Shown here one piece after another: positions 28,424 to 37,101 of a stretch of 64,000 nt of DNA. The position numbers and the translations under genes were made by a program. How positions within the stretch are numbered: position 1 is the stretch's first letter; the number at the start of each line of letters is the position of its first letter. The DNA comes from Nitrososphaerota archaeon (GTDB lineage: Archaea > Thermoproteota > Nitrososphaeria_A > Caldarchaeales > Calditenuaceae): contig JBEPYO010000001.1 in assembly GCA_041641295.1 (NCBI GenBank), forward strand, positions 32,001 through 96,000, read 5' to 3'. The notes beneath the pieces were generated by a model that ran no database searches, had not been told where the DNA came from, and saw only the letters and a list, made by a program, of their open reading frames with translations.

Positions 28424-29422
28424 TCATATACGGTGGCTGCTGAAGTGTCTCCAACCCCTACCACTGAGCTCGTAGCGTTTCCCGTCAAGCCACGCGACGA
28501 TGGATTTCTCCCTCGTAGCCTCGCCTATGGGGATGAGCCTACAGCCCAGTCCTCTCAGAACGGCTGCGGCGTCGTCAAGACTCTCTCTAGGTATCGTCAG
28601 GACGAGTTCGTATTCCTCCCCACCCCTGAAAATAGCCTCAAACATGTCGAGGTTGTAGGTTGTTGCATATTCTGCGGCTACTGAGTCTATGGGCGGATCT
28701 GTCACCCTGAAGCCCACACCACTCCACTGGGAGAGCTCGGAGAGACAGGCCTCCAGCCCGTCACTAGAGTCTATAGAAGCCGTCACAAGCCTAGCTCTCC
28801 CAAGCGCTAGCCCCTCTCTCAGCCTAGGCTTTGGGTTAAAGACAGCATCAAGGAGTGGCCGCCACTTCTCTTCCGTGTTTGAGTTTAATGCGGCGTGTAG
28901 ACCGGTGTATGTCTTCCCGAACTCGCCTGTAACTGCAAGTATATCGCCCGGCCGCGCCCCACTACGGGGTATAGGGGCCTCTGAATACCCTATCCCTACC
29001 ACACCTATAGAGACCTCACCGGCCTGGTTTGTGTCGCCCGCAACCACCTCGCCGCCAAAACTCCGCGCCGTCTCGAGTATGCCCGACCAGAGCTCGAGAA
29101 ACTCGTTTCCACGCATCTCCCTAGGGAGTCCCAGCTCAACAACAAAGAAGAGGGGCTGCGCAGCCTTTGCCGCAAAGTCGCTGACAACGCTCACCACTGC
29201 TTTAGAGCCTGTTTGACGGTGCGTCATGCCCGGAGGAACGTCAGTGGAGGCCACTAGCATATCCCCCGATACTATTATCTGCCCGTTGACGCTTAACTCC
29301 ACCGCGTCGTCGCCAATTTGCAGCCGACCCTTCTGAACCGGCTTGAGCGAGTTCAGAATCACAGACAGTATCCAATCCTCACCTAGCTCCGATAAAGAAC
29401 TCTTATGCGTCTCCTCTACCAT
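28424..29422 (-). CDS. thiL: Thiamine-monophosphate kinase
   Basis: GDDA, SDFAAK, GDTN, RSGARPGD, IDSSDGL, GGEEYEL. Confidence 0.92.
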   Translation of the reverse strand: MVEETHKSSLSELGEDWILSVILNSLKPVQKGRLQIGDDAVELSVNGQIIVSGDMLVASTDVPPGMTHRQTGSKAVVSVVSDFAAKAAQPLFFVVELGLPREMRGNEFLELWSGILETARSFGGEVVAGDTNQAGEVSIGVVGIGYSEAPIPRSGARPGDILAVTGEFGKTYTGLHAALNSNTEEKWRPLLDAVFNPKPRLREGLALGRARLVTASIDSSDGLEACLSELSQWSGVGFRVTDPPIDSVAAEYATTYNLDMFEAIFRGGEEYELVLTIPRESLDDAAAVLRGLGCRLIPIGEATREKSIVAWLDGKRYELSGRGWRHFSSHRI

Positions 29423-30351
29423 GAGCGACGACCCTTCCTCTCCAGAGCAAGGACGAGCTGGGTCAATAATGTATTGGCAGGGGCCGGCTTTCCTGCTGAC
29501 CTTAGGACCCTCGACAGGGCTCCGTTGATGAACTCTATTTCTGTCCTCCTACCCCTCTCTATATCCTGAAGCATGGAGGACTTGTTCTCGTATGTTGCTC
29601 TAATCGCCTCATAGACCCTATTTTTCACATGCTCAGGTGATAGCCTAGCCCCTAGTAGGGAGCTTGCCTCCACACCCTCCAGCACCAACTCATCAATCAC
29701 CCATGATAACTCCTGCACCTCCAGCAGCACACCATTCTTCACGCCAAGAATAGCCGTCAGGGGGTTTATCACAGAGTTGATGATTAACTTAGTCAGTACC
29801 TCGGGGTAGACGTTTTCTACCGCCGCGGTCTTCACACCCATTTTCGTCAACTCGTCGGCTACTTGTCTTATCTTTTCTACAGGTGTTTTGGTGGAGGGGT
29901 GGGAGCCGAGTACTGTTTCGCCGTCATAGGCGTGGAAGACGCTGTTCAGACCTGTAAGTGTGGAGGCCTGAAGGGTGTAGCCCGCAACAACCCTCTCTGG
30001 GCCGAACACCTCGGCAAGCCGCTCCACGTTGTTAAGCCCATTCTGTACTGTGGCTACTAGGCACTGCCCACTTAAGTAGGGTGAAACCATCCGCGCAGCG
30101 GCCTCAGTGTCATATGACTTGACACAAATCAGACAGAGGTCGGCTCTGGATGCCTTTCTGGGATCTGTTGTACACTCAGGCCAAGCCCTCCAAGAAGAAC
30201 CCCCCTCGCTGATGATCACTCCGTCAGAGCTAATCGCTTCAGCCGCTTCCCGCCTCCGCGTTAGGATCACAACATCTCCGCCATGGCGACTTATAACTCC
30301 GGCAAACAATATTCCGAGGGCTCCTGCACCTACGACCAGTATCCTCATCAC
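29416..30351 (-). CDS. panE: 2-dehydropantoate 2-reductase
   Basis: GAGALG, VKSYD, QNG, KLIINSVINPLTA, SSMLQD..RTEIEFING. Confidence 0.93.
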   Translation of the reverse strand: MMRILVVGAGALGILFAGVISRHGGDVVILTRRREAAEAISSDGVIISEGGSSWRAWPECTTDPRKASRADLCLICVKSYDTEAAARMVSPYLSGQCLVATVQNGLNNVERLAEVFGPERVVAGYTLQASTLTGLNSVFHAYDGETVLGSHPSTKTPVEKIRQVADELTKMGVKTAAVENVYPEVLTKLIINSVINPLTAILGVKNGVLLEVQELSWVIDELVLEGVEASSLLGARLSPEHVKNRVYEAIRATYENKSSMLQDIERGRRTEIEFINGALSRVLRSAGKPAPANTLLTQLVLALERKGRRSW

Positions 30352-31196
30352 GGCCTTCTTACTTTACTGAGGAATTCCTCAAACGTCTCCTTCTTCATGT
30401 GCCTTGTATGCTCCTCGGATGGGAATACTCCTTCGAGAACCTCTGACTTATATCTTGAGATTGCATCCTTTACGATCGACGCAAGATCTACGTACCTCTT
30501 AGAGAAGGGTGGAGACCTGTCGTATAGTCCTAGGATGTCGTGGAGTACGAGTACTTGGCCGTCGCACCCGGGTCCGGAACCTATTCCGATTACAGGTATC
30601 TTTAGCTGTTTAGAGATGTACTCAGCAACCTCGGCTGTAACGTATTCGGCGACTATGGCAAAGGCGCCCGCCTCCTCTATGGCCTTTGCATCCTCGACTA
30701 TTTTGAGGGCGTCGTCAACATCTTTTGCCGTCAGTCTGTATCCGGTGGTCGAGGCGGCGCTCTGCGGTGTTAAGCCGATATGACCCACAACTGGTATACC
30801 GGCATTAACAATAGCCCTGACAACCTCCGCGTACTCGACTCCTCCTTCAAGCTTGACTGCGTCAACCATCCCCTCCTTAACAAGCCGGCCGGCATTTCTG
30901 ACAGCCTCCTCCTTCGATACTTGGAACGACATGAACGGCATATCTCCCACTACAAGAGCCCTCTCAACACCCCGCGATACAGACTTGCAAAAAGTTATCA
31001 TGTCTCTGAGCGTCACAAACCGGGTGTCCTTATACCCCATCATGACCATGGAGGCCGAATCGCCTACAAGCACTATGTCGACGCCAACTTGGTCTACGAG
31101 TCGGGCAAAAGCATAGTCATACGCCGTTATCATGACTATTTTCCTCCCCTTCTTCTTCAGCTGGATTATGTCCCTTGCGGTTAGTTTCTCGTTCAA
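30348..31196 (-). CDS. panB: 3-methyl-2-oxobutanoate hydroxymethyltransferase
   Basis: TAYD, LVGDS, DMPF, KLEGG, GHIGLTPQ, GIGSG..DGQVLV. Confidence 0.95.
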   Translation of the reverse strand: MNEKLTARDIIQLKKKGRKIVMITAYDYAFARLVDQVGVDIVLVGDSASMVMMGYKDTRFVTLRDMITFCKSVSRGVERALVVGDMPFMSFQVSKEEAVRNAGRLVKEGMVDAVKLEGGVEYAEVVRAIVNAGIPVVGHIGLTPQSAASTTGYRLTAKDVDDALKIVEDAKAIEEAGAFAIVAEYVTAEVAEYISKQLKIPVIGIGSGPGCDGQVLVLHDILGLYDRSPPFSKRYVDLASIVKDAISRYKSEVLEGVFPSEEHTRHMKKETFEEFLSKVRRP

Positions 31197-31960
31197 GGCA
31201 GCTCCTCCAACCCCGCTAGGCGTGTCAGATGCCTCAATATGAGTTCTATCATCCTTCTGAGGTTTTCCTCGTTGTTGAAGGAGTGGTATATCTCCTCCAG
31301 CTCTTTGGCTGTATAACCCTTCAACTCCTCGACGGCCCTGCAGAGGTTTGGCATAGCCCTAACAACGTTGTCAACTATCGAGATTGTAGCGGCCCTCGAC
31401 GTCCGCGAAAGCGGGTTAAGATCAATGGCCACGATCCTCTTCCCAAGGGCCACCAGCTTCTCGGCTCGGTCCCCATCCTCCAATGGTACTAGTACCGTGT
31501 CTGCAGAGTATATCCCATTCCTCGAGACGAACCGTCTCTGACTGCTTAGGCCAGGGATCTCCACAAGATCTGAATCTCCCAACACGTTTTCAGCCCCTCT
31601 ACCCTCGAGAAACTCCTTAATCCTTCTGATTCTCTCGGGTGAGCGGTGGAACAGGTTTACCTCGATTCTCGCGTTGAGAGTTTTTGCGAGTCTGACCACC
31701 TCGTCTGGGACAAGTGCAGCCGTGTTGCCGTTCACGGAGATTACTGGGTGTTTTGAGAGGAGGAGTAGTGCCGCCGCGGCCCTTGTAGCCTCTAGGGCAG
31801 GCGGGTGAGTCTCCTCGCCTAAAATGTAGTCTAGTGCCTCCCCCCTCCCGTGGGCCAATAACCCGTGTGGAACAACTATCCCCGCCTCAAACCCCTTCAC
31901 AATCCTCTCCCTGATCATGAGGGAGACGTATCGAGGATGGTCTCGAGGTATCTCCTCCAC
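31193..31960 (-). CDS. Archaeal 4-phosphopantoate--beta-alanine ligase (phosphopantothenate synthetase)
   Basis: HPRYVSL..RE, AHGRGEA, SVNGN, PLEDGDR, IDLNPLSRT. Confidence 0.93.
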   Translation of the reverse strand: MEEIPRDHPRYVSLMIRERIVKGFEAGIVVPHGLLAHGRGEALDYILGEETHPPALEATRAAAALLLLSKHPVISVNGNTAALVPDEVVRLAKTLNARIEVNLFHRSPERIRRIKEFLEGRGAENVLGDSDLVEIPGLSSQRRFVSRNGIYSADTVLVPLEDGDRAEKLVALGKRIVAIDLNPLSRTSRAATISIVDNVVRAMPNLCRAVEELKGYTAKELEEIYHSFNNEENLRRMIELILRHLTRLAGLEELP

Positions 31961-32817
31961 TCCACCTCACCCGGCTTGAAAACCCTAACTATGGGTAGTG
32001 AAGCCCCTATATTTACGGCAACCTCTTCAATTTCAGCCTCCTCGACAACCATAACCAGCACCCTCTTTTTCACATACCATCCCAAAAGCCTAGGGGAGAC
32101 TGGTCTTACAATCTCTTCAACGCTCCTATCCACTAGGCCCAGCTCCTTCGAAAATCTGTTCGAGATTTCGAGGAAATTAGCTAGGCTTGGGTTTTTCAGG
32201 AACTCTCTATAGGACCGTTCTCCAGCCTCCATTATCTTCTCGTGATGTGTTGTGAGTAGGCTCTCGGTGGACAGTCTTCCGAGCTCGGAGGTCACTATCG
32301 CTATCTTATCACTTATCCTGATGTTCTCGACCTCGCCCACACCAGGCCCTCCGGGCCGCTTCCTCAAGACAAGCCCTACCCCATCCCAGATGGCGAGAAC
32401 GTCTCCCAACCCAGTCTTACACCTCACCTCAGAGACATGAGCCTTCATCGCTGCTTCACCCGCACTCATCTTCCCGGCCAAGGCGTAGCAGGCAGCTACC
32501 GCCAAGCCTGAGGCGGCGCTGAAGGCATATCCAGCCCCTGGGAGACAGTTTCCGCTTAAATGCACTGAGGAGCCTCCTCCCATCTCGTTATAGATCTCCA
32601 GTGCTGGTCCCCAGCTTATAGGCTCACTGTTGAACCATACCCCCTCTCCTTCACTCACAACGCATTTCAAGCCAGGACGTATGACTAAGCCTGCGCCAAG
32701 TGAGCCTGTCAACTCCCAGCTCTCCCTGTAGACAGGGTAGAAAAAGCCTGTCAAGTGGAGGGGGACCTCAAACTCGAAGCCATCTCCACGACTGCGGTAT
32801 CTAGCTTTGTGTCTCAC
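31915..32817 (-). CDS. Pantoate kinase (GHMP family)
   Basis: PLHLTGFF, GSLGAG, PGAGYAFSA, AHVSEV..TGLGDV; in the pan operon; probable GTG start 32817. Confidence 0.88.
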   Translation of the reverse strand: MRHKARYRSRGDGFEFEVPLHLTGFFYPVYRESWELTGSLGAGLVIRPGLKCVVSEGEGVWFNSEPISWGPALEIYNEMGGGSSVHLSGNCLPGAGYAFSAASGLAVAACYALAGKMSAGEAAMKAHVSEVRCKTGLGDVLAIWDGVGLVLRKRPGGPGVGEVENIRISDKIAIVTSELGRLSTESLLTTHHEKIMEAGERSYREFLKNPSLANFLEISNRFSKELGLVDRSVEEIVRPVSPRLLGWYVKKRVLVMVVEEAEIEEVAVNIGASLPIVRVFKPGEVEWRRYLETILDTSPS

Positions 32818-32904
32818 TCCATAGCCAGGTGTTGCGGGTAAATATTCACGTTTTTGCAAGGGTTCCTTAACATTTATTTAGAATGGGCGTAGAGTGTTTG
32901 TCGC

Positions 32905-35208
32905 ATGGTCAGGATTAGGAAGACCCGGGCCGAGATTGAGGGGCGGTGGAGAGAAGAGTTTGTAGTGGAAGAGGAGGAGAAGATAACCCCCTGGCCCTCT
33001 GGAGCGAGTTTTAGATACATTGGTGGGCGGGTGAAGACGGTAGATGGTGTCGCAAAGGTTACTGGAGCGGCGACATACACAGTAGATGTCTCCCTCAAGG
33101 GCATGCTCGTGGGGAAATTCTTGAGATGCCCCTACCCCCACGCCCGAATCATCCACATAGACACCTCGGATGCGGAGAGAATTAAAGGGGTTAGGGCAGT
33201 GTTCACCCATTTGAACACGCCGAAAATACCCTTCTACGGAGGCGCTTCCACCGTCTTCAACAATGTCCTGAAATTCCAGGGTGAAGAGGTTGCCTTTGTC
33301 GTAGCCGAAGACGAGGGTATAGCTGAGGACGCGCTCGAGGCGATAGTTGTGGATTACGAGAGGCTGCCTTTTGTTGTCGACCCCTTAGAGGCTTTGAGAG
33401 AGGATGCGCCAAAAGTCCACAGCGAGGGTAACGTATTCCGAGGCGGCCCGTCGAGGGTTGTGAGAGGCAACCCTTCTCAAGGGTTTGAGGATGCAGACTT
33501 GGTCCTAGAGGAAACATTTAGGACAAGCGCGGCCTTACACAACTCTCTTGAGACACACTCGACAGTAGCCTATTGGACCACTGCAGGCCTAACGGTCTGG
33601 GAGTCCACCCAAGCGGTGAACAACGTGAGGCAGCGGCTGAGCCAGATATTCTCAATCCCGCTCTCAAAGGTGAGAGTGATATGCGAGTATATGGGTGGTG
33701 GTTTCGGCGCGAAGTTTGACCCGGGAAAACACACAATCATGGCTGCCCTTGCCTCAAAACAGACGGGGAGGCCCGTGAAGGTTGTTCTTTCGAGGAGCGA
33801 GGAGAATCTATCCGCGGGCTGCAGGGCCCAGACGATACAGAAGGTTAAGGCTGGGTTTAAGAGGGATGGAAGGATCTCAGCCATGCGGCTGGAGGCCATC
33901 ATTAATCTGGGTGCATATGCCGAGTGGGTTCCACTTGTATCCGGACCTTACAGGATGTTATACCAAATACCCAATCTTGAGACTATAGAGTGGGGAGTCT
34001 ATACCAACACCACACCTCACACCGCCATGAGGGCGCCCGGGTTCACAGAGGGTATCTTCGGGCTAGAGTCGGTGATGGATATGGCTGCTGAGGAGCTGGG
34101 ATTAGACCCGCTCGAAATAAGGCTTAGAAACTACGCCGAAAGGGAGCCTGAGAGCGGTGTGAACTACACGTCAAAGGGATTGAGGGATGCTTACCTGATA
34201 GGGGCGGAGCTGTTTGGATGGGACTATGCAAGGTCGGTTAGAAGGGAGAATAACAGGGTTCGGGCAGTAGGCATGGCTAGTGTGGTCTGGTGGGGAGGCG
34301 GTGGACCGCCAGCATATGCTGAGGTTAAGCTCAACAGGGACGGCACAGTCCAGGTCTTGACATCGACTCAGGATATAGGCACTGGGACAAGGACGATACT
34401 AGCCCAGATAGTGGCAGAAGAACTCTCGGTGCCAATTGAGCGTGTCCAAGTGGTGATCGGCGATACTTCACTGGAGCTCTTCTCACCAGGGAGTGGTGGG
34501 AGTGGGACCCTCGCCTCCATGGGTCCTGCAGTGAGGGCTGCTGCAATAGATGCGCGAAACCAACTCCTAGATATAGCCTCACAGTTTCTGGACGCTCCGA
34601 GAGAGATACTTGAACTGAGGGATGGCGTGATAAGGACAAAGGAGGGTGAAAAGTCGATACCGCTTGAGGAACTCCTAGCACAGTTGGGAGATTTCACACT
34701 AGTTGGTAAGGGTGCGAGGGGGCCTAATCCTGATGGATATGCTATTGAGACATTCGCGGCTCAGTTCGCCGAGGTTGAGGTGGATTTAGAGACGGGGTCT
34801 GTTAGGGTTTTGAGGGTTGTTTCAGCCCACGATTCTGGGAGAATCATCAATAGGCTTACGGCGGAGGGGCAGGTGATTGGTGGGGTAGTCCAGGGATTAG
34901 GATACGCCCTCCTAGAGCAGAGGCTTGTCGACCCATCCACTGGTACTGTAGTCAATCCTAACCTGCTAGACTATCTCCTCCCCTCAAGCCTCGAGACGCC
35001 GGAGGTTACAGCAGTTTTCGTCGAGCCGCTGGACACTCAGGCTAACAACTTGGGTGCTAAGGGTCTTGGTGAGCCTCCAATAATAGGAATGGCAGCAGCC
35101 ATTGCAAATGCTGTCTCGAGAGCGTTGGGGGTCAGGATTACAGAGCTACCTATAACTTCAGAAAAAGTAGCGGAGGCTGTGAGGAAGGCTAAGGAGAAGG
35201 CGAGGTAA
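32905..35208 (+). CDS. Xanthine dehydrogenase/aldehyde oxidoreductase family molybdopterin-binding large subunit
   Basis: KVTG.A.Y, GGGFGAK, AMRAPG, QDIGTG, GQVIGG..QGLG, AKGLGEPP. Confidence 0.92.
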   Translation: MVRIRKTRAEIEGRWREEFVVEEEEKITPWPSGASFRYIGGRVKTVDGVAKVTGAATYTVDVSLKGMLVGKFLRCPYPHARIIHIDTSDAERIKGVRAVFTHLNTPKIPFYGGASTVFNNVLKFQGEEVAFVVAEDEGIAEDALEAIVVDYERLPFVVDPLEALREDAPKVHSEGNVFRGGPSRVVRGNPSQGFEDADLVLEETFRTSAALHNSLETHSTVAYWTTAGLTVWESTQAVNNVRQRLSQIFSIPLSKVRVICEYMGGGFGAKFDPGKHTIMAALASKQTGRPVKVVLSRSEENLSAGCRAQTIQKVKAGFKRDGRISAMRLEAIINLGAYAEWVPLVSGPYRMLYQIPNLETIEWGVYTNTTPHTAMRAPGFTEGIFGLESVMDMAAEELGLDPLEIRLRNYAEREPESGVNYTSKGLRDAYLIGAELFGWDYARSVRRENNRVRAVGMASVVWWGGGGPPAYAEVKLNRDGTVQVLTSTQDIGTGTRTILAQIVAEELSVPIERVQVVIGDTSLELFSPGSGGSGTLASMGPAVRAAAIDARNQLLDIASQFLDAPREILELRDGVIRTKEGEKSIPLEELLAQLGDFTLVGKGARGPNPDGYAIETFAAQFAEVEVDLETGSVRVLRVVSAHDSGRIINRLTAEGQVIGGVVQGLGYALLEQRLVDPSTGTVVNPNLLDYLLPSSLETPEVTAVFVEPLDTQANNLGAKGLGEPPIIGMAAAIANAVSRALGVRITELPITSEKVAEAVRKAKEKAR

Positions 35209-35214
35209 ACAAGT

Positions 35215-35904
35215 TTAAGCCCGCGATACTATCCGTCTACAATTCATGATCAGCTCATTAATCGCGTCGAACGCCTTCCCACCATCCTCGGTGGCCACGA
35301 ATATTATGGTATCCTTGTAACAGCTTATTACTTCCTCGACATTTATCTCCCTGTGGGCAAGCCACTCCAATATATGCGAGACTACACCGTGGGTCTTCTC
35401 TATGATGGAGGGGCTTACGATTACTAGGGCTGCAATACTACCGGACTCGCCGATGATGAGGGAGCGTGGAAACTCGCTTCTAATCTCTTCCAGCTTCTCT
35501 TGACTGCATATCAAGGTTATGGATGTTATTCCGTCGAGCAGTTGGAAGAACCCCCTGACCCTAATAGCAAGGTCGCGGGCGATCCTCAGGGTGGTCCTGT
35601 TACGTTTCAGTATAATCTTGGCCAAACCCGTCTTGGCCTCCAGCTTGCTTCTCGCTATGACTTGGGCTGTGGCCAATCTCCTCCCATGAAACCGGCCTCT
35701 AACCCGTTTTAGCGCCGTCACGATGGTGGAGTGCTTGACTTCCTGACCGAGTAGGGCGTCTAAAGTCGGTTTTAGGAGCTTCGCAAGGGCAGAGAGGTTA
35801 GCGTACCCGCCGTCCAATGCCGACTTATAGCCCTTTTCCAAACCGATTAGGTAGCGGACAGCCCTACTCACAGACCAGTCCCGGTACAATCCCTGCCCCA
35901 ACAT
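35215..35904 (-). CDS. ACT-domain protein with N-terminal helical (putative DNA-binding) domain
   Basis: ANLSALAK..STIVTALKR N-terminus; C-terminal GVVSHILEWLAHREINVEEVISCYKD ACT-like domain; divergent from carA. Confidence 0.7.
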   Translation of the reverse strand: MLGQGLYRDWSVSRAVRYLIGLEKGYKSALDGGYANLSALAKLLKPTLDALLGQEVKHSTIVTALKRVRGRFHGRRLATAQVIARSKLEAKTGLAKIILKRNRTTLRIARDLAIRVRGFFQLLDGITSITLICSQEKLEEIRSEFPRSLIIGESGSIAALVIVSPSIIEKTHGVVSHILEWLAHREINVEEVISCYKDTIIFVATEDGGKAFDAINELIMNCRRIVSRA

Positions 35905-35967
35905 GACCGAAACCGGTCAATAAGTATATACCCTGAAGCATCACATGTCTAATATCATAGAGACCAA

Positions 35968-37101
35968 ATGGATGAATGCTTGGATGGGCTCGTGAAGCGC
36001 ATCGCGGGCGCCTATGTCGCCGCCCTTGCCCTCGAGGATGGCACCTTCATTGTCGGCAAAGGCTTCGGCGCTCTTGGGGAAAGAAATGGAGAAGTTGTAT
36101 TTAGCACTGCAATGAATGGCTACACCGAATCCCTGACAGACCCCTCCTACGTGGGTCAGATACTCATACTCACCTATCCTCTGATTGGGAATTATGGCGT
36201 ACCACCTGACTTCGAGTCGGACGGAATAAAGATTGAGGCATTGGTTGTGTCGCAGGCGACTGAGCCGAGCCACCCGCGTTCAATGAAGTCTCTTAGCGAC
36301 TGGCTCAAAGAGAACTCAGTCCCAGGAATAATGGATGTTGATACGAGGATGCTGGTTCAGCAGATAAGAGAGATGGGCGTTATGGGCGGCGCAGTACAGG
36401 TAGCCGAATCGCTTGAGGATATTAGCCGTGAGAAATTAATAAGAAAGGCGCGAGAAGTTGACTACGACTCCCTCGTCTTCGAATACTCTGCCTACAAGGA
36501 GCCCACGATTTTTAACGAAGGAAAAAGCTCAACGATAGTTGTAGTTGACTATGGCGTTAAGGACGGGATAATAAACAGGCTTATGGGGCTGGGATACAGG
36601 GTTGTTGTCGTCCCGGGAAGGCTTGGGTCGGATGCCGTCTTCTCCTACAACCCGAAGGGAATTGTAATCAGTAACGGTCCCGGGAACCCAGCAAATATGC
36701 ATCACGCTATCAGGCTTGTTAAAGAGGTTATAGAGAGCGGAACTCCAACTCTTGGCGTATGTTTAGGGCACCAGCTAATTGCTCTGGCCCTAGGTGCCGA
36801 GACCTACAAGATGAAATACGGTCATAGAGGGATAAACAAGGCCTGCAGAGACCTCGTCACGGGAAAGCGAGTAATAACCCTGCAGAATCACGGCTATGCT
36901 GTTTCTGAGGAGAGCCTCTCTGGGACAGGTCTCAAGCCCTGGTTCGTCGACTGCGATGATGGTACAATTGAGGGCCTCATTCACGAGTCCCTGCCAGTGA
37001 TTTCTGTACAGTTTCACCCGGAGGGGAGGCCGGGGCCAAGGGATGCTAACTATGTTTTCGAATTCTTCGAGAAGATGGTGAGAAGAAATGGAGACAGTTA
37101 G
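35968..37101 (+). CDS. carA: Carbamoyl-phosphate synthase small subunit
   Basis: GYTESLTDPSY, YPLIGNYG, SNGPG, GVCLGHQ, QNHGY, QFHPE. Confidence 0.97.
   Translation: MDECLDGLVKRIAGAYVAALALEDGTFIVGKGFGALGERNGEVVFSTAMNGYTESLTDPSYVGQILILTYPLIGNYGVPPDFESDGIKIEALVVSQATEPSHPRSMKSLSDWLKENSVPGIMDVDTRMLVQQIREMGVMGGAVQVAESLEDISREKLIRKAREVDYDSLVFEYSAYKEPTIFNEGKSSTIVVVDYGVKDGIINRLMGLGYRVVVVPGRLGSDAVFSYNPKGIVISNGPGNPANMHHAIRLVKEVIESGTPTLGVCLGHQLIALALGAETYKMKYGHRGINKACRDLVTGKRVITLQNHGYAVSEESLSGTGLKPWFVDCDDGTIEGLIHESLPVISVQFHPEGRPGPRDANYVFEFFEKMVRRNGDS

Noticed and set aside
32905-35208. Aerobic CO dehydrogenase CoxL
   Set aside because: The active-site loop is AMRAPG, not AYxCSFR, and there are no coxM/coxS neighbours
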